Assembly: GCF_965284355.1 (NCBI RefSeq) | Contig: NZ_OZ260078.1 | Location: 1,199,111-1,263,110, forward strand | Direction: 5' to 3' | DNA from: Phenylobacterium sp. | Lineage (GTDB): Bacteria; Pseudomonadota; Alphaproteobacteria; Caulobacterales; Caulobacteraceae | DNA length: 64,000 nt | Shown: positions 17,487 through 26,687 of the stretch, one piece after another | How positions within the stretch are numbered: the stretch's first letter is position 1 | Layout of the letters: every line of letters starts with the position of its first letter | Notes under the pieces: model-generated | Told to the model about the DNA's origin: nothing | What the model saw: only the letters and a program-made list of their open reading frames with translations | Databases searched by the model: none | Made by a program: the position numbers and the translations under genes

Positions 17487-18224
17487 ATGGAAAACGCTCT
17501 CTACGTCGGCCTCTCCCGCCAGATGATCCTCCGCAGGGAGATGGAGATCATCGCGAACAACATCGCCAACATGGACACCAACGGCTTCAAGGTGGAGTCG
17601 ATGATCCAGAAGACCGATCCGTCGGAGCCGGCGGTCACGCTGGGCGGACCGCGTCCGGTCAAGTTCGTCGCCCCCGACGGCGTGGCCCGCGACTTCGGCC
17701 AGGGCGTCCTGACCCGCACCGGCGGGGAGCTGGACATGGCCATCGAGGGCAAGGGCTTCTTCCAGGTCCAGACGCCCCAGGGCCCCCGCTTCACCCGCGA
17801 TGGCCGCTTCACCACCGACACGACCGGCCGACTGGTCACCCAGGGCGGCCACGCCGTGCTGGACGCCAGCGGCGGCGAGATCATCATCAACCCGGAAAAG
17901 GGCCAGGTCGCCGTCGCCGCGGACGGCTCGATGAGCCAGGGCAACGAGGCGGTCGGCAAGGTCGGCGTCTATACGTTCACCAACCCGGGCGCGCTCGAGA
18001 AGGCCGGCGACAATCTCTTCCGCAACGGCTCGAACCTGGCCGCCAACCCGGCCACCGAGTCCAAGCTGCGCCAGGGCTTCCTGGAAGGCTCCAACGTGAG
18101 GCCCGTGCTCGAGATCACCCGAATGGTCGAGGTGAGCCGCGCCTACGAGAGCACCACCAAGATGATGGAATCCGAAGCCGAGCTCTCGCGCCGCTCTGTC
18201 GAGCGCCTGGGCCGGGTTCAGTAA
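17487..18224 (+). CDS. flgF: Flagellar rod protein FlgF
   Basis: 245 aa with rod N-terminal motif EIIANNIANMDTNGFK and a conserved C-terminus. Confidence 0.9.
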   Translation: MENALYVGLSRQMILRREMEIIANNIANMDTNGFKVESMIQKTDPSEPAVTLGGPRPVKFVAPDGVARDFGQGVLTRTGGELDMAIEGKGFFQVQTPQGPRFTRDGRFTTDTTGRLVTQGGHAVLDASGGEIIINPEKGQVAVAADGSMSQGNEAVGKVGVYTFTNPGALEKAGDNLFRNGSNLAANPATESKLRQGFLEGSNVRPVLEITRMVEVSRAYESTTKMMESEAELSRRSVERLGRVQ

Positions 18225-18238
18225 GAGGATAACGACCG

Positions 18239-19027
18239 ATGCAGGCTCTTCGCACCGCGGCCACCGGGATGGCCGCCCAGCAGATGAACGTCGAGGTCAT
18301 CTCGAACAACATCGCCAACATGAACACCGTGGCGTTCAAGCGCCAGCGCGCCGAGTTCCAGGACCTTCTCTACCAGACCTTCCAGGCCGCCGGGACGCAG
18401 TCGTCCGACCAGGGCACGATCGTGCCGACGGGCGTGCAGGTGGGCGCCGGCGTGAAGGCGGGCGCGGTCTACCGGGTGCAGACCCAGGGCTCGCTGACCC
18501 GCACCGACAACCCGTACGACCTGGCCATCGACGGCCGCGGCTACTTCCAGGTGCTGACGCCGTCGGGCGAGACCGCCTACACCCGCGCCGGCAACTTCTC
18601 GACCAACGACCAGGGCCAGCTGGTGACCCAGGACGGCTATACGATCGAGCCGGCGATCACGATCCCGGGCGACGCGGTGCGCGTCTCGGTGTCGAAGTCG
18701 GGCCAGGTCGAGGTGCTCCAGGCCGGCCAGACCGCACCCAGCGTGGTGGGGGTGATCGAACTCTCCACCTTCGTCAACGAAGGCGGCCTCGAGGCCCTCG
18801 GCGGCAATCTCTACAAGGAAACCGCGGCCTCGGGCGCGCCGACGAACGGGACGCCGGGCTCGACCGGCATCGGCGCCCTGACCCAGGGCTACACCGAAGC
18901 CTCGAACGTCGATGCGGTGGCGGAGATCACCGCCCTGATCGTCGCCCAGCGCGCCTACGAGATGAACTCCAAGGTCATCTCCACCGCCGACAACATGCTG
19001 GCCACCGCCAACCAGGTGAAGACCTAA
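18239..19027 (+). CDS. flgG: Flagellar distal rod protein FlgG
   Basis: 262 aa with MQALRTAATGMAAQQMNVEVISNNIANMNTVAFK and C-terminal LIVAQRAYEMNSKVISTADNML. Confidence 0.93.
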   Translation: MQALRTAATGMAAQQMNVEVISNNIANMNTVAFKRQRAEFQDLLYQTFQAAGTQSSDQGTIVPTGVQVGAGVKAGAVYRVQTQGSLTRTDNPYDLAIDGRGYFQVLTPSGETAYTRAGNFSTNDQGQLVTQDGYTIEPAITIPGDAVRVSVSKSGQVEVLQAGQTAPSVVGVIELSTFVNEGGLEALGGNLYKETAASGAPTNGTPGSTGIGALTQGYTEASNVDAVAEITALIVAQRAYEMNSKVISTADNMLATANQVKT

Positions 19028-19031
19028 GCTC

Positions 19032-19772
19032 ATGAAACTGTTCGCGTCTCTCGCTGCTCTCCTGACGATCGCGACGCCCGCCCTGGCCGGCGTCCCGGTC
19101 ACGGTCAAGGCCGACATCGTCGACGCCGACGGCGTCGTCACCCTGGGCGAGATCTTCGCCGGCGCAGGCGCCGCCGGGGCCACCCCGGTGGCCAGCCGCG
19201 CCCAGGCCAGCGTGATGCTGAACGCCCAGGCGGTGCGCATCGCCGCCGCCCGCGCCGGCCTCGACTGGGCCAACGCCGAGGGCCTGCGCACCATCGTGGT
19301 GCGCGGCGGGGCCCCGGCCGCCTCCGGCGCGGTCGCCGCCCGTGGCAACGTCGACGTGCTGACCTGGGCCCGTTCGATCCAGGCCGGCGAGATGATCCAG
19401 CCCGCCGATCTGGTCTGGGGCAAGGCCGCTGCGGCTCCCGCCGACGCGCCCAACGATCCCGAGGCGGTGATCGGGCTGGCCGCCCGCCGCCCCCTGCGCG
19501 CCGGCGCCGCAGTGGCCGGCCGCGATGTTTCGGCCCCGCAGGTGGTGCAGGCCAATGAAGTGGTAACCCTCACCTACGACAACGGTGGGGTCTCGCTCGC
19601 GCTCCAGGCCAAGGCCCTTTCCGGCGGCGCGGTCGGCGAAACGATCAACGTGCAGAACGTCACGTCGAAGAAGACCGTCCAGGCCGTGGTCACCGGACCC
19701 GGACAGGCGGCGGTCGGACCCCAGGCGGAGCAGCTGAAGCTCAACCGCTCGACCCGTTACGCGCTCCGTTGA
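19032..19772 (+). CDS. flgA: Flagellar P-ring assembly chaperone FlgA
   Basis: 246 aa with a signal peptide and a SAF-like C-terminal domain (VVTLTYDNGGVSLALQAKALSGGAVGETINVQN). It lies between flgG and flgH. Confidence 0.8.
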   Translation: MKLFASLAALLTIATPALAGVPVTVKADIVDADGVVTLGEIFAGAGAAGATPVASRAQASVMLNAQAVRIAAARAGLDWANAEGLRTIVVRGGAPAASGAVAARGNVDVLTWARSIQAGEMIQPADLVWGKAAAAPADAPNDPEAVIGLAARRPLRAGAAVAGRDVSAPQVVQANEVVTLTYDNGGVSLALQAKALSGGAVGETINVQNVTSKKTVQAVVTGPGQAAVGPQAEQLKLNRSTRYALR

Positions 19773-19783
19773 AGGAAGCTCAC

Positions 19784-20515
19784 ATGCGCCTGCGCAGCCT
19801 GGCCCTCGCCGCCCTCCTCGCCCCCCTCGCCGCCTGCTCGACCGTGAAGGAAGCCGTGCGCGGCCCCGACCTCGCGCCTGTCGGCTATCCGGCGTCGCTG
19901 GCGCCGATCACCCAGCCGATGGTGTCGGCCCGCGAAGCCGGTCCCCAGCCGGCCAGCGCCAACTCGCTGTGGCGCTCGGGCGCCCGCGCCTTCTTCAACG
20001 ACCAGCGCGCCGGCCGCGTCGGCGACATCCTCACCGTCAACATCGACATCGACGACAGCGCCAAGACCAACAACGCCACCACCAGTTCGCGCACCGCGGG
20101 CATGACGGCCGGCGTGCCGCACCTGCTGGGCCTGGAATCCAGCCTTGGGAAAATCCTGCCGGGCGGCTTCGACCCCGCGAACGCCATCGAGACCAACTCG
20201 GCCAGCAACAACGCCGGCTCCGGCTCGGTGAACCGCCAGGAGAAGATCAACCTGACCATCGCCGCGGTCGTGACCGGCATCCTGCCCAACGGCAACATGG
20301 TGATCCAGGGCACCCAGGAGGTGCGCACCAACGCCGAGGTGCGCCAGCTCACCGTGGCCGGGATCGTGCGCCCCGAGGACATATCGTCGGCCAACACCAT
20401 CCGCCACACCCAGATCGCCGAGGCCCGCATCAGCTACGGCGGCCGGGGCGACATCAGCCGCGTCCAGAAGACCCCGGCCGGTCAGAGCCTGATCGAGAGA
20501 TTCTCGCCGTTCTGA
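19784..20515 (+). CDS. flgH: Flagellar L-ring lipoprotein FlgH
   Basis: Lipobox LAPLAAC and conserved VGDILTVNIDI and GNMVIQGTQEVRTN. ATG at 19784 is preferred over the TTG at 19769 because of the GAAGGAAG Shine-Dalgarno. Confidence 0.9.
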   Translation: MRLRSLALAALLAPLAACSTVKEAVRGPDLAPVGYPASLAPITQPMVSAREAGPQPASANSLWRSGARAFFNDQRAGRVGDILTVNIDIDDSAKTNNATTSSRTAGMTAGVPHLLGLESSLGKILPGGFDPANAIETNSASNNAGSGSVNRQEKINLTIAAVVTGILPNGNMVIQGTQEVRTNAEVRQLTVAGIVRPEDISSANTIRHTQIAEARISYGGRGDISRVQKTPAGQSLIERFSPF

Positions 20516-20537
20516 TCGCCCCGTCTTCCCGCGACCC

Positions 20538-20568
20538 AAAGGGCCTCCGCGCAAGCGGGGGCCCTTTT
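20538..20568. terminator. Bidirectional intrinsic terminator between convergent flgH and dxs
   Basis: AAAGGGCCTCCGC-gcaa-GCGGGGGCCCTTTT is a GC-rich stem flanked by an A-run on one side and a T-run on the other. Confidence 0.7.
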
Positions 20569-20581
20569 CAGTTGGGCCGGG

Positions 20582-22498
20582 TCAGGCCCGCCGCCCCGCG
20601 GTGCTGGCGTTGTCGACGCCGAGGGCGGAGAGCGCCGTCCGCACGATGCCGTCCGCGTCCAGGCCGGCCAGGGCGTACATGGCCTCGGGCTTGTCGTGGT
20701 CCTGGAAGATGTCGGGCAGTGTCAGGGTGCGGACCCGCAGGCCGCGGTCCAGCGCGCCGTGGTCGGCCAGGGCATGCAGCACGAAGCTGCCGAAGCCGCC
20801 GACGGCGCCTTCTTCCACGGTGATCAGCGCCTCGTGCTCGCGGGCCAGCCGCAGCAGCATATCGAGGTCGAGCGGCTTGGCGAAGCGGGCGTCGGCGACG
20901 GTGGCCGAGAGGCCCCGGGCGGCCAGCTGGTCGGCCGCCTTCAGGGCTTCGCCCAGGCGCGTGCCGAACGACAGGATGGCCACGGCCGTCCCCTCGCGCA
21001 CGATCCGGCCCTTGCCCACTTCGAACGGGGCGGCCAGCAGCGGGATCTGCACGCCCGTGCCCTCGCCGCGCGGATAGCGGAAAGCGGACGGGCGGTCGTC
21101 GATGGCGGCGGCGGTGGCGATGGCCTGGGCCAGCTCGGCCTCGTCGGACGGCGCCATCAGCACCATGCCCGGCAGCGCGCCGAGGTAGCCGATGTCGAAC
21201 GAGCCCGCGTGGGTGGCCCCGTCGGCGCCCACCAGGCCCGCTCGGTCGATGGCGAAGCGGACCGGCAGGCCCTGGATCGCCACGTCGTGGACCACCTGGT
21301 CGTAGCCGCGCTGGAGGAACGTCGAATAGAGCGCGCAGAACGGCTTCATGCCGTCGGCGGCCAGGCCCGCGGCGAACGTCACCGCATGCTGCTCGGCGAT
21401 GCCGACGTCGAAGCAGCGGTCGGGGAACTTCTGTTCGAACAGGTCGAGGCCGGTGCCCGAGGGCATGGCCGCGGTGATCGCCACGATCTTGGAGTCGCGC
21501 TCGGCCTGCTTGATCAGCTCGGCGGCGAAGACCTTGGTGTACTGCGGCGGGCCGCCGCCGGCGCCCTTGGCCTGCTGGCCCGTCACCACGTCGAACTTGA
21601 CCACGCCGTGATACTTGTCGGCGGCGTTCTCGGCCGGCGCGTAGCCCTTGCCCTTCTGCGTGACCACGTGGACCAGGACGGGCTTGTCCTCGATCTTGCG
21701 GGCGTTCTGCAGCACGTGGACCAGCGCGTCCATGTCGTGTCCGTCGATCGGCCCGACGTAGTAGAAGCCGAGTTCCTCGAACAGCGTGCCGCCGGTGACC
21801 ATGCCGCGGGCGTATTCCTCGGCCTTGCGGGCCGCCTCACGCATCGGCCGCGGGAAGGCCTTGGCCACCGACTTGCCGAGGTTGCGGATCGACTGGTAGC
21901 CGCCGCCCGAGACGAGGCGGGCGAAATAGGCGCTCATCCCCCCCACCGGCGGGGCGATCGACATGTCGTTGTCGTTGAGGATGACGGTGAGCTGCTTGTT
22001 GCCCCCGGCGTTGTTCATGGCCTCGTAGGCCATGCCGGCGCTCATCGAGCCGTCACCGATCACGGCCACGACCTTGTTGTCCTCGCCCTTGGCGTCACGC
22101 GCCGCGGCGAAGCCCAGGGCCGCCGAGATCGAGGTGGCCGCATGCGCGGCGCCGAACGGGTCGTACTCGCTCTCGCTGCGCTTGGTGAAGCCCGAGAGGC
22201 CACCGCCCTGGCGCAGGGTGCGGATGCGGTCACGCCGTCCGGTCAGGATCTTGTGCGGATAGGCCTGGTGGCCCACGTCCCAGATCAGGATGTCCCTGGG
22301 CGTTTCGTAGACATGGTGCAGGGCGACGGTCAGCTCGACCACCCCCAGGCCCGCGCCCAGGTGGCCGCCGGTCTGCGAGACGGCATCGATGGTCTCGGCG
22401 CGCAGTTCATCCGCCAGCTGGCGAAGTTGCGGAATCGAGAGGCTGCGCGTGTCGGCGGGCGACGAGACCGTGTCGAGCAGAGGTGTGGCGGGTGGCAA
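20582..22498 (-). CDS. dxs: 1-deoxy-D-xylulose-5-phosphate synthase
   Basis: Conserved [18 protein letters not shown] and the TPP-binding [18 protein letters not shown]. Start placed at TTG 22498 ([11 protein letters not shown]). The 867-aa track ORF is an Arg/Pro-rich over-extension. Confidence 0.9.
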   Translation of the reverse strand: MPPATPLLDTVSSPADTRSLSIPQLRQLADELRAETIDAVSQTGGHLGAGLGVVELTVALHHVYETPRDILIWDVGHQAYPHKILTGRRDRIRTLRQGGGLSGFTKRSESEYDPFGAAHAATSISAALGFAAARDAKGEDNKVVAVIGDGSMSAGMAYEAMNNAGGNKQLTVILNDNDMSIAPPVGGMSAYFARLVSGGGYQSIRNLGKSVAKAFPRPMREAARKAEEYARGMVTGGTLFEELGFYYVGPIDGHDMDALVHVLQNARKIEDKPVLVHVVTQKGKGYAPAENAADKYHGVVKFDVVTGQQAKGAGGGPPQYTKVFAAELIKQAERDSKIVAITAAMPSGTGLDLFEQKFPDRCFDVGIAEQHAVTFAAGLAADGMKPFCALYSTFLQRGYDQVVHDVAIQGLPVRFAIDRAGLVGADGATHAGSFDIGYLGALPGMVLMAPSDEAELAQAIATAAAIDDRPSAFRYPRGEGTGVQIPLLAAPFEVGKGRIVREGTAVAILSFGTRLGEALKAADQLAARGLSATVADARFAKPLDLDMLLRLAREHEALITVEEGAVGGFGSFVLHALADHGALDRGLRVRTLTLPDIFQDHDKPEAMYALAGLDADGIVRTALSALGVDNASTAGRRA

Positions 22499-22515
22499 CG
22501 CGAAAAGTCCTGGTC

Positions 22516-23394
22516 TTACTGGCGGCGCTCTAACACGAAATCGACGCTGGCCCGCAGGAATTCGGCCCGGGGACCGAACGGATCCAGATGGGATTTGGTC
22601 TGGGTTTTGAGCAGACCCAGGCGCTGTTTCGCCGCATCGACGCCCAGCAGCGTCACGAAGGTGGTCTTCCCCGCCTCGGCGTCCTTGCCGACCGCCTTGC
22701 CCATCAGGGCCGCGTCGCCCTCGGCGTCCAGCAGGTCGTCGACGATCTGATAGGCCAGCCCCAGGTCGTGGGCGAAGGCCATCAGGGCGTGGCGTTCGAA
22801 GTCCGGGGCATGGGCGATGACCAGCGGCAGCTCGAACGCACACGCGATCAGGGCGCCGGTCTTCAGACGCTGCATGCGCGCCACCCCGCCCAGGTCCTCG
22901 CGAACGCCCAGCATGTCGATCATCTGGCCGCCCACCATGCCGCGGGCGCCGGCGGCCACCGCCAGCCGCGACACCAGTTCGGCGCGCACGCCGCCGTCGG
23001 GATGGGTGTCGGGATGGGCCAGGATCTCGAAGGCCGCGGACTGCAGCGCATCGCCCGCCAGCACCGCGGTCATCTCGTCGTACTGGATGTGGACGGTGGG
23101 CCGGCCCCGGCGCATGTCGTCGTCGTCCATGCACGGCAGGTCGTCGTGGATCAGGCTGTAGGCGTGGATGCACTCCAGCGCGCACGCGGCCCGCAGCACC
23201 GAGCGCTCGTCCAGGTCGAACATCCGCCCCGTCTCGAGCGCGAAGAACGTCCGCAGGCGCTTGCCCTCGCTCAGCGCGGCATAGCGCATGGCCTCGGTCA
23301 GGCGGCTCTCGGGTCCCTCGGCGCGGGGCAGCAGCTCGTCCAACGCCACGGTGACGAGGTCGGCGGCCTCGGCCACGCGGCGGGCGAGGTCCAT
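22516..23394 (-). CDS. ispA: Farnesyl-diphosphate (polyprenyl) synthase
   Basis: The two Asp-rich motifs are [17 protein letters not shown] and QIVDDLLD. The ATG overlaps the xseB stop (ATGA). Confidence 0.88.
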   Translation of the reverse strand: MDLARRVAEAADLVTVALDELLPRAEGPESRLTEAMRYAALSEGKRLRTFFALETGRMFDLDERSVLRAACALECIHAYSLIHDDLPCMDDDDMRRGRPTVHIQYDEMTAVLAGDALQSAAFEILAHPDTHPDGGVRAELVSRLAVAAGARGMVGGQMIDMLGVREDLGGVARMQRLKTGALIACAFELPLVIAHAPDFERHALMAFAHDLGLAYQIVDDLLDAEGDAALMGKAVGKDAEAGKTTFVTLLGVDAAKQRLGLLKTQTKSHLDPFGPRAEFLRASVDFVLERRQ

Positions 23395-23636
23395 CAGCTG
23401 AACTCGGCGGGCTCGACGCCCGGTGCGCCGCCGGCGCCCATCACGATCTTCTCGACGCGCAGCCGCGCCGCTTCCAGGCGCGTCTCGCAGTGGGCCTTCA
23501 GGGCCGCGCCGCGCTCGTACATCCGGATCGAATCCTCGAGCGGCGCCTGGCCGGACTCCAGCCGCGCGACGATCTGCTCGAGCTCGGACAGGGCCTGCTC
23601 GAAGGTCATGGCGGAGATGTCGGCGGGTTCGGACAT
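23394..23636 (-). CDS. xseB: Exodeoxyribonuclease VII small subunit
   Basis: 80 aa with [32 protein letters not shown], in the classic xseB-ispA-dxs order. Confidence 0.9.
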   Translation of the reverse strand: MSEPADISAMTFEQALSELEQIVARLESGQAPLEDSIRMYERGAALKAHCETRLEAARLRVEKIVMGAGGAPGVEPAEFS

Positions 23637-23676
23637 GGCACGTGTTTAGAGGCGAGAAAAGTAAGGGTCCACCAGC

Positions 23677-23822
23677 TTTTCCCTCCCTTGATGGGGAGGG
23701 ACAGACCGCGAAGCGGTCAGGGTGAGGCAGTGGAGGGCGGGACTCCGAGGTCGGTGAGGATCGCGCCTCCCTCACCCTGGCGGCTGCGCCGCCTGTCCCT
23801 CCCCATTAAGGGCGGGAGGGGC
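23677..23822. repeat. REP-like structured intergenic element, family A: inverted pair of roughly 50-bp modules
   Basis: Modules at 23677-23727 and 23771-23822 are inverted copies. Each has a CCCTCCC..GGGAGGG hairpin and a second hairpin (GACCGC-gaa-GCGGTC or GGCGGC-tgc-GCCGCC). The element overlaps the last codons and stop of the phosphatase gene. Confidence 0.65.
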
Positions 23823-24417
23823 GCTCGAACCGCCGCATCGACCAGTATTTGTAGCCCTCGCTCTTGGTGAGCTTCCAGCCGAGCTTCTTCAGGGCGCGGC
23901 CGATCAGGTGATTGAAGAATCCGTGGGCCAGCACGACCACGTTCTGGCCGTCGGCGGCCAGATCGATCAGCATCGCCGCGGCGCGGTCGGCGCGGGCCTC
24001 GGCCTGGGCGCGGCTCTCCTGGCCGTCGTGGTGGTTGAAGAACCACCAGCAGACCCGGGCGACGAACCCCCAGATCCTCGGCGACAGCTTGATCCAGCCG
24101 GGCAGCATCGGCGGCGGCAGGGGCGCCTCGATGAGGATCTCGTACCGCTCGAACGCGCGGGCGCCGGCCACGGTCTGGGCGCTCTCGATGGCGCGCAGGC
24201 GGGTGGACGAGACGAGCGTGCCGCACTCGGCGACAAAGGTCTTCAGCGCCTCGGGCGGCGTCTGGCCCGGCAGCAGGCCCATGATCTCGTAGCGGGCCCA
24301 GAAGTCGACATACTGGGCGGCCGACAGGCGCACCTTGCGCGACAGGGCCGGTTCGCCGTGCCGCGCCAGCACGATCGTACCGGCGCGCGAACGAGATTCC
24401 GCGGTCAAGACGCTCAT
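23806..24417 (-). CDS. Histidine phosphatase (phosphoglycerate-mutase-like) family protein
   Basis: 203 aa with the RHGEP catalytic motif near the N-terminus and a later HG motif (VLAHGFF). Confidence 0.78.
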   Translation of the reverse strand: MSVLTAESRSRAGTIVLARHGEPALSRKVRLSAAQYVDFWARYEIMGLLPGQTPPEALKTFVAECGTLVSSTRLRAIESAQTVAGARAFERYEILIEAPLPPPMLPGWIKLSPRIWGFVARVCWWFFNHHDGQESRAQAEARADRAAAMLIDLAADGQNVVVLAHGFFNHLIGRALKKLGWKLTKSEGYKYWSMRRFERPSRP

Positions 24418-24448
24418 CGATCCTGAGAACGCACCGGCGCCTCGTCCC

Positions 24449-25372
24449 TCACCCTTCGCCGAGCGCCCGCACGTGCGCGAGCGCGGACTGGCCTAGAGCT
24501 TGGAGGTCGTATCCGCCCTCGAGCGACGACACAACCCGGCCCTTGGCGTGCCGATTGGCGACCGAGGCGATGGCGCGCGTGGCCCAGGCGAAGTCGACGG
24601 CCTCAAGGTTCTGGCCGCCGCCGCCGACCGGGTCCCACTTGTGCGCGTCGAAGCCCGCCGAGACGATGATCAGGTCGGGCGCGAAGGCGTCGACCCGGTC
24701 CATCAGGGTCTCGAACGACCGCTTCCAGACCTCGACCGGCGCGCCCTCGGGGGACACTGCGTTGACGATGTTGTCGGGGACCCTCTCGTCCGGATGGCCC
24801 GTGCCCGGCCACATCGGCCAAGACTGGATCGAGGTGAAGAACATGCCCGGCCGCCCGGCCAGCGCCGACTGGGTGCCGTTGCCGTGGTGGATGTCGAAGT
24901 CCACCACCGCGACCTTGGCGAGCCCGGCCGCCTGGGCCGCGTGCGCCGCCACCGCCACGTTGGAGAAGATGCAGAAGCCCATGGACGCGCCCGGCTCGGC
25001 GTGGTGGCCCGGCGGGCGCACAGCGCAGAATGCCCGCTGCGCCTGGCCCGACGCGACGTCCCGCACGGCCTGCACGGCCGCGCCGGCCGCCCGGCGCGCG
25101 GCCGTCAGGCTGCCCGACGACATCGAGGTGTCAGGGTCGAGATGGACGCGGCCCTCGCGCGGCGACAGGCGGACGATCTCGTTCAGGTAGGCGCGGTCGT
25201 GCACGTTGAGCAGGTCGGCCTCGTCCACGAACGGGGCGTCGTGGGGCGCCAGGTCGAGGGTGGCGTCCGCCAGCGCATCCATCACCGAGCGCAGACGCTC
25301 GGGGCGTTCCGGGTGCTGGGCGCCCGGACGGTGGTCGAACATGTCTTGATGGGTGTAGAGCGCGACAGTCAT
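24449..25372 (-). CDS. Histone-deacetylase-family (acetoin-utilisation/acetylpolyamine-type) amidohydrolase
   Basis: Motifs [33 protein letters not shown] and EGGY. Start chosen at [14 protein letters not shown] (ATG 25372). Confidence 0.85.
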   Translation of the reverse strand: MTVALYTHQDMFDHRPGAQHPERPERLRSVMDALADATLDLAPHDAPFVDEADLLNVHDRAYLNEIVRLSPREGRVHLDPDTSMSSGSLTAARRAAGAAVQAVRDVASGQAQRAFCAVRPPGHHAEPGASMGFCIFSNVAVAAHAAQAAGLAKVAVVDFDIHHGNGTQSALAGRPGMFFTSIQSWPMWPGTGHPDERVPDNIVNAVSPEGAPVEVWKRSFETLMDRVDAFAPDLIIVSAGFDAHKWDPVGGGGQNLEAVDFAWATRAIASVANRHAKGRVVSSLEGGYDLQALGQSALAHVRALGEG

Positions 25373-25937
25373 GAGCCATCCTAACCCAACTTCGCGCGCC
25401 GCCCAGACGCAACCGGTGATCCGCCGGGCCGGGCCGGCCGACGCCGAGACCCTGGCGGCGCTGGGCGTCCGCACCTTCAGCGAAACCTTCGCGCACCTCT
25501 ACGATCCCGAGGACCTGCGAGTGTTCCTGGCCGAGGCCTATAGCCTCGAGCGCACCCGCGCCGACCTGGCCGACCCGGCCAAGGCCTCGTGGCTGGTCGA
25601 GGCCGATGGCGAGGCGATCGGCTATGCGCTGGCGGGCCCCTGCGGACTGCCGCACGACGAGGTCACGCCGACCTGCGGCGAGCTCAAGCGGATCTATTTC
25701 CTGAAGTCGCACCAGGGCGGCGGCCTGGGCGGGGCGCTGTTCGCGCAGACGATGGCGTGGCTGACCCGGAACGGGCCGTGCGACATCTGGATCGGCGTCT
25801 GGTCCGAGAACTACGGGGCCCAGCGGTTCTACGAGCGGGCGGGCTTCAGCAAGGTGGGCGAGTACGGGTTCGAGGTGGGACGCACCGTGGACCGGGAGTT
25901 CATCCTGCGTCGGTCGATGGAGAATTTTTCCTCCTGA
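25371..25937 (+). CDS. GNAT-family N-acetyltransferase
   Basis: Acetyl-CoA pocket [11 protein letters not shown] and FYERAGF. An alternative GTG start lies at 25416. Confidence 0.8.
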   Translation: MSHPNPTSRAAQTQPVIRRAGPADAETLAALGVRTFSETFAHLYDPEDLRVFLAEAYSLERTRADLADPAKASWLVEADGEAIGYALAGPCGLPHDEVTPTCGELKRIYFLKSHQGGGLGGALFAQTMAWLTRNGPCDIWIGVWSENYGAQRFYERAGFSKVGEYGFEVGRTVDREFILRRSMENFSS

Positions 25938-26098
25938 GCGCCTGATTCGAAGTTCGCCCGACACAATTCGGCCCAAATCACGACCAGTCGCGCCTACTTC
26001 ATTGCCGAGATTTAACCTCCCGCTCTCTTGGCGGGACCGCCGCCATTTGGGACCTTAGCCGCCGTTCGGCGTGTGTTTTTCCAGAACGGCGGGTGGGG

Positions 26099-26596
26099 AT
26101 GTTGAGGATCGGGTACGTTCGGCTGCGGGACCAGACCGCGCACGAGGACACCGCCCTTCTCAAGGCCGCCGGCTGCCAGGTCGTCCGCGCCGAGGAGCCG
26201 CATTCGGGCGGCCACACGCTCGGCTCCATTCTCGATTTCATCGGCGGCGGCGATCAGCTGGTCGTAACGCGCCTCGAGCGCCTGGCGCTCACCAGCCGCG
26301 GACTACTGGACGCCCTCGACCGCCTCGAGGCGCGCGGCGCCAGCCTGTTCGTCCTGGAGCCGGAACTCTCCAGCCAGGGCCCCGAGGGTCGCGCGCTGCG
26401 CGCCGTGCTCGAAGCGGTGGCCGACCTGGAGCCCAACGGCCATCGCCGCCGCCGCCCCGCCGCGGCAGCCCACGAGATCTTCGCCCTGCAACGCGCCGGC
26501 GTCGGCCCGGTCGAGATCGCGCGCCGCCTGGGCGTCTCGCGCATGACGGTCTGGCGCAAGCTGAAGGCCGTGGAGGCCGAAGGTGTCGAAGCCTGA
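26099..26596 (+). CDS. Serine-recombinase (resolvase/invertase)-like protein lacking the catalytic serine
   Basis: The layout is resolvase-like: N-terminal IGYVRLRDQT where active enzymes have Y-x-R-V-S-T-x-x-Q, then LVVTRLERLALTS, and a C-terminal HTH (IARRLGVSRMTVWRKL). The nucleophile position holds Arg/Asp. Confidence 0.65.
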   Translation: MLRIGYVRLRDQTAHEDTALLKAAGCQVVRAEEPHSGGHTLGSILDFIGGGDQLVVTRLERLALTSRGLLDALDRLEARGASLFVLEPELSSQGPEGRALRAVLEAVADLEPNGHRRRRPAAAAHEIFALQRAGVGPVEIARRLGVSRMTVWRKLKAVEAEGVEA

Positions 26597-26687
26597 GGCC
26601 ACGCATGAAAGACCTGCCCCCAAACGGGGGGAGGCGCCGCACGCTGCGTGATGAATCTTTGCCCCTCAATCATTTTGGGGGTGTCAA

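Noticed and set aside
18218-19573. 451-aa minus-strand ORF across flgG/flgA
   Set aside because: It is antisense to the highly conserved flgG and shows high-GC frame-artefact composition.
22499-23185. N-terminal 229-aa extension of the dxs ORF (867 aa in the track)
   Set aside because: The extension is Arg/Pro/Gly-rich, overlaps ispA in another frame and precedes the conserved Dxs N-terminus. A TTG at 22498 gives a normal-length protein of about 638 aa.
23395-23775. N-terminal extension of the ispA ORF (419 aa in the track)
   Set aside because: The extension overlaps xseB and the family-A repeat. The ATG at 23394 overlaps the xseB stop and gives a normal 292-aa polyprenyl synthase.
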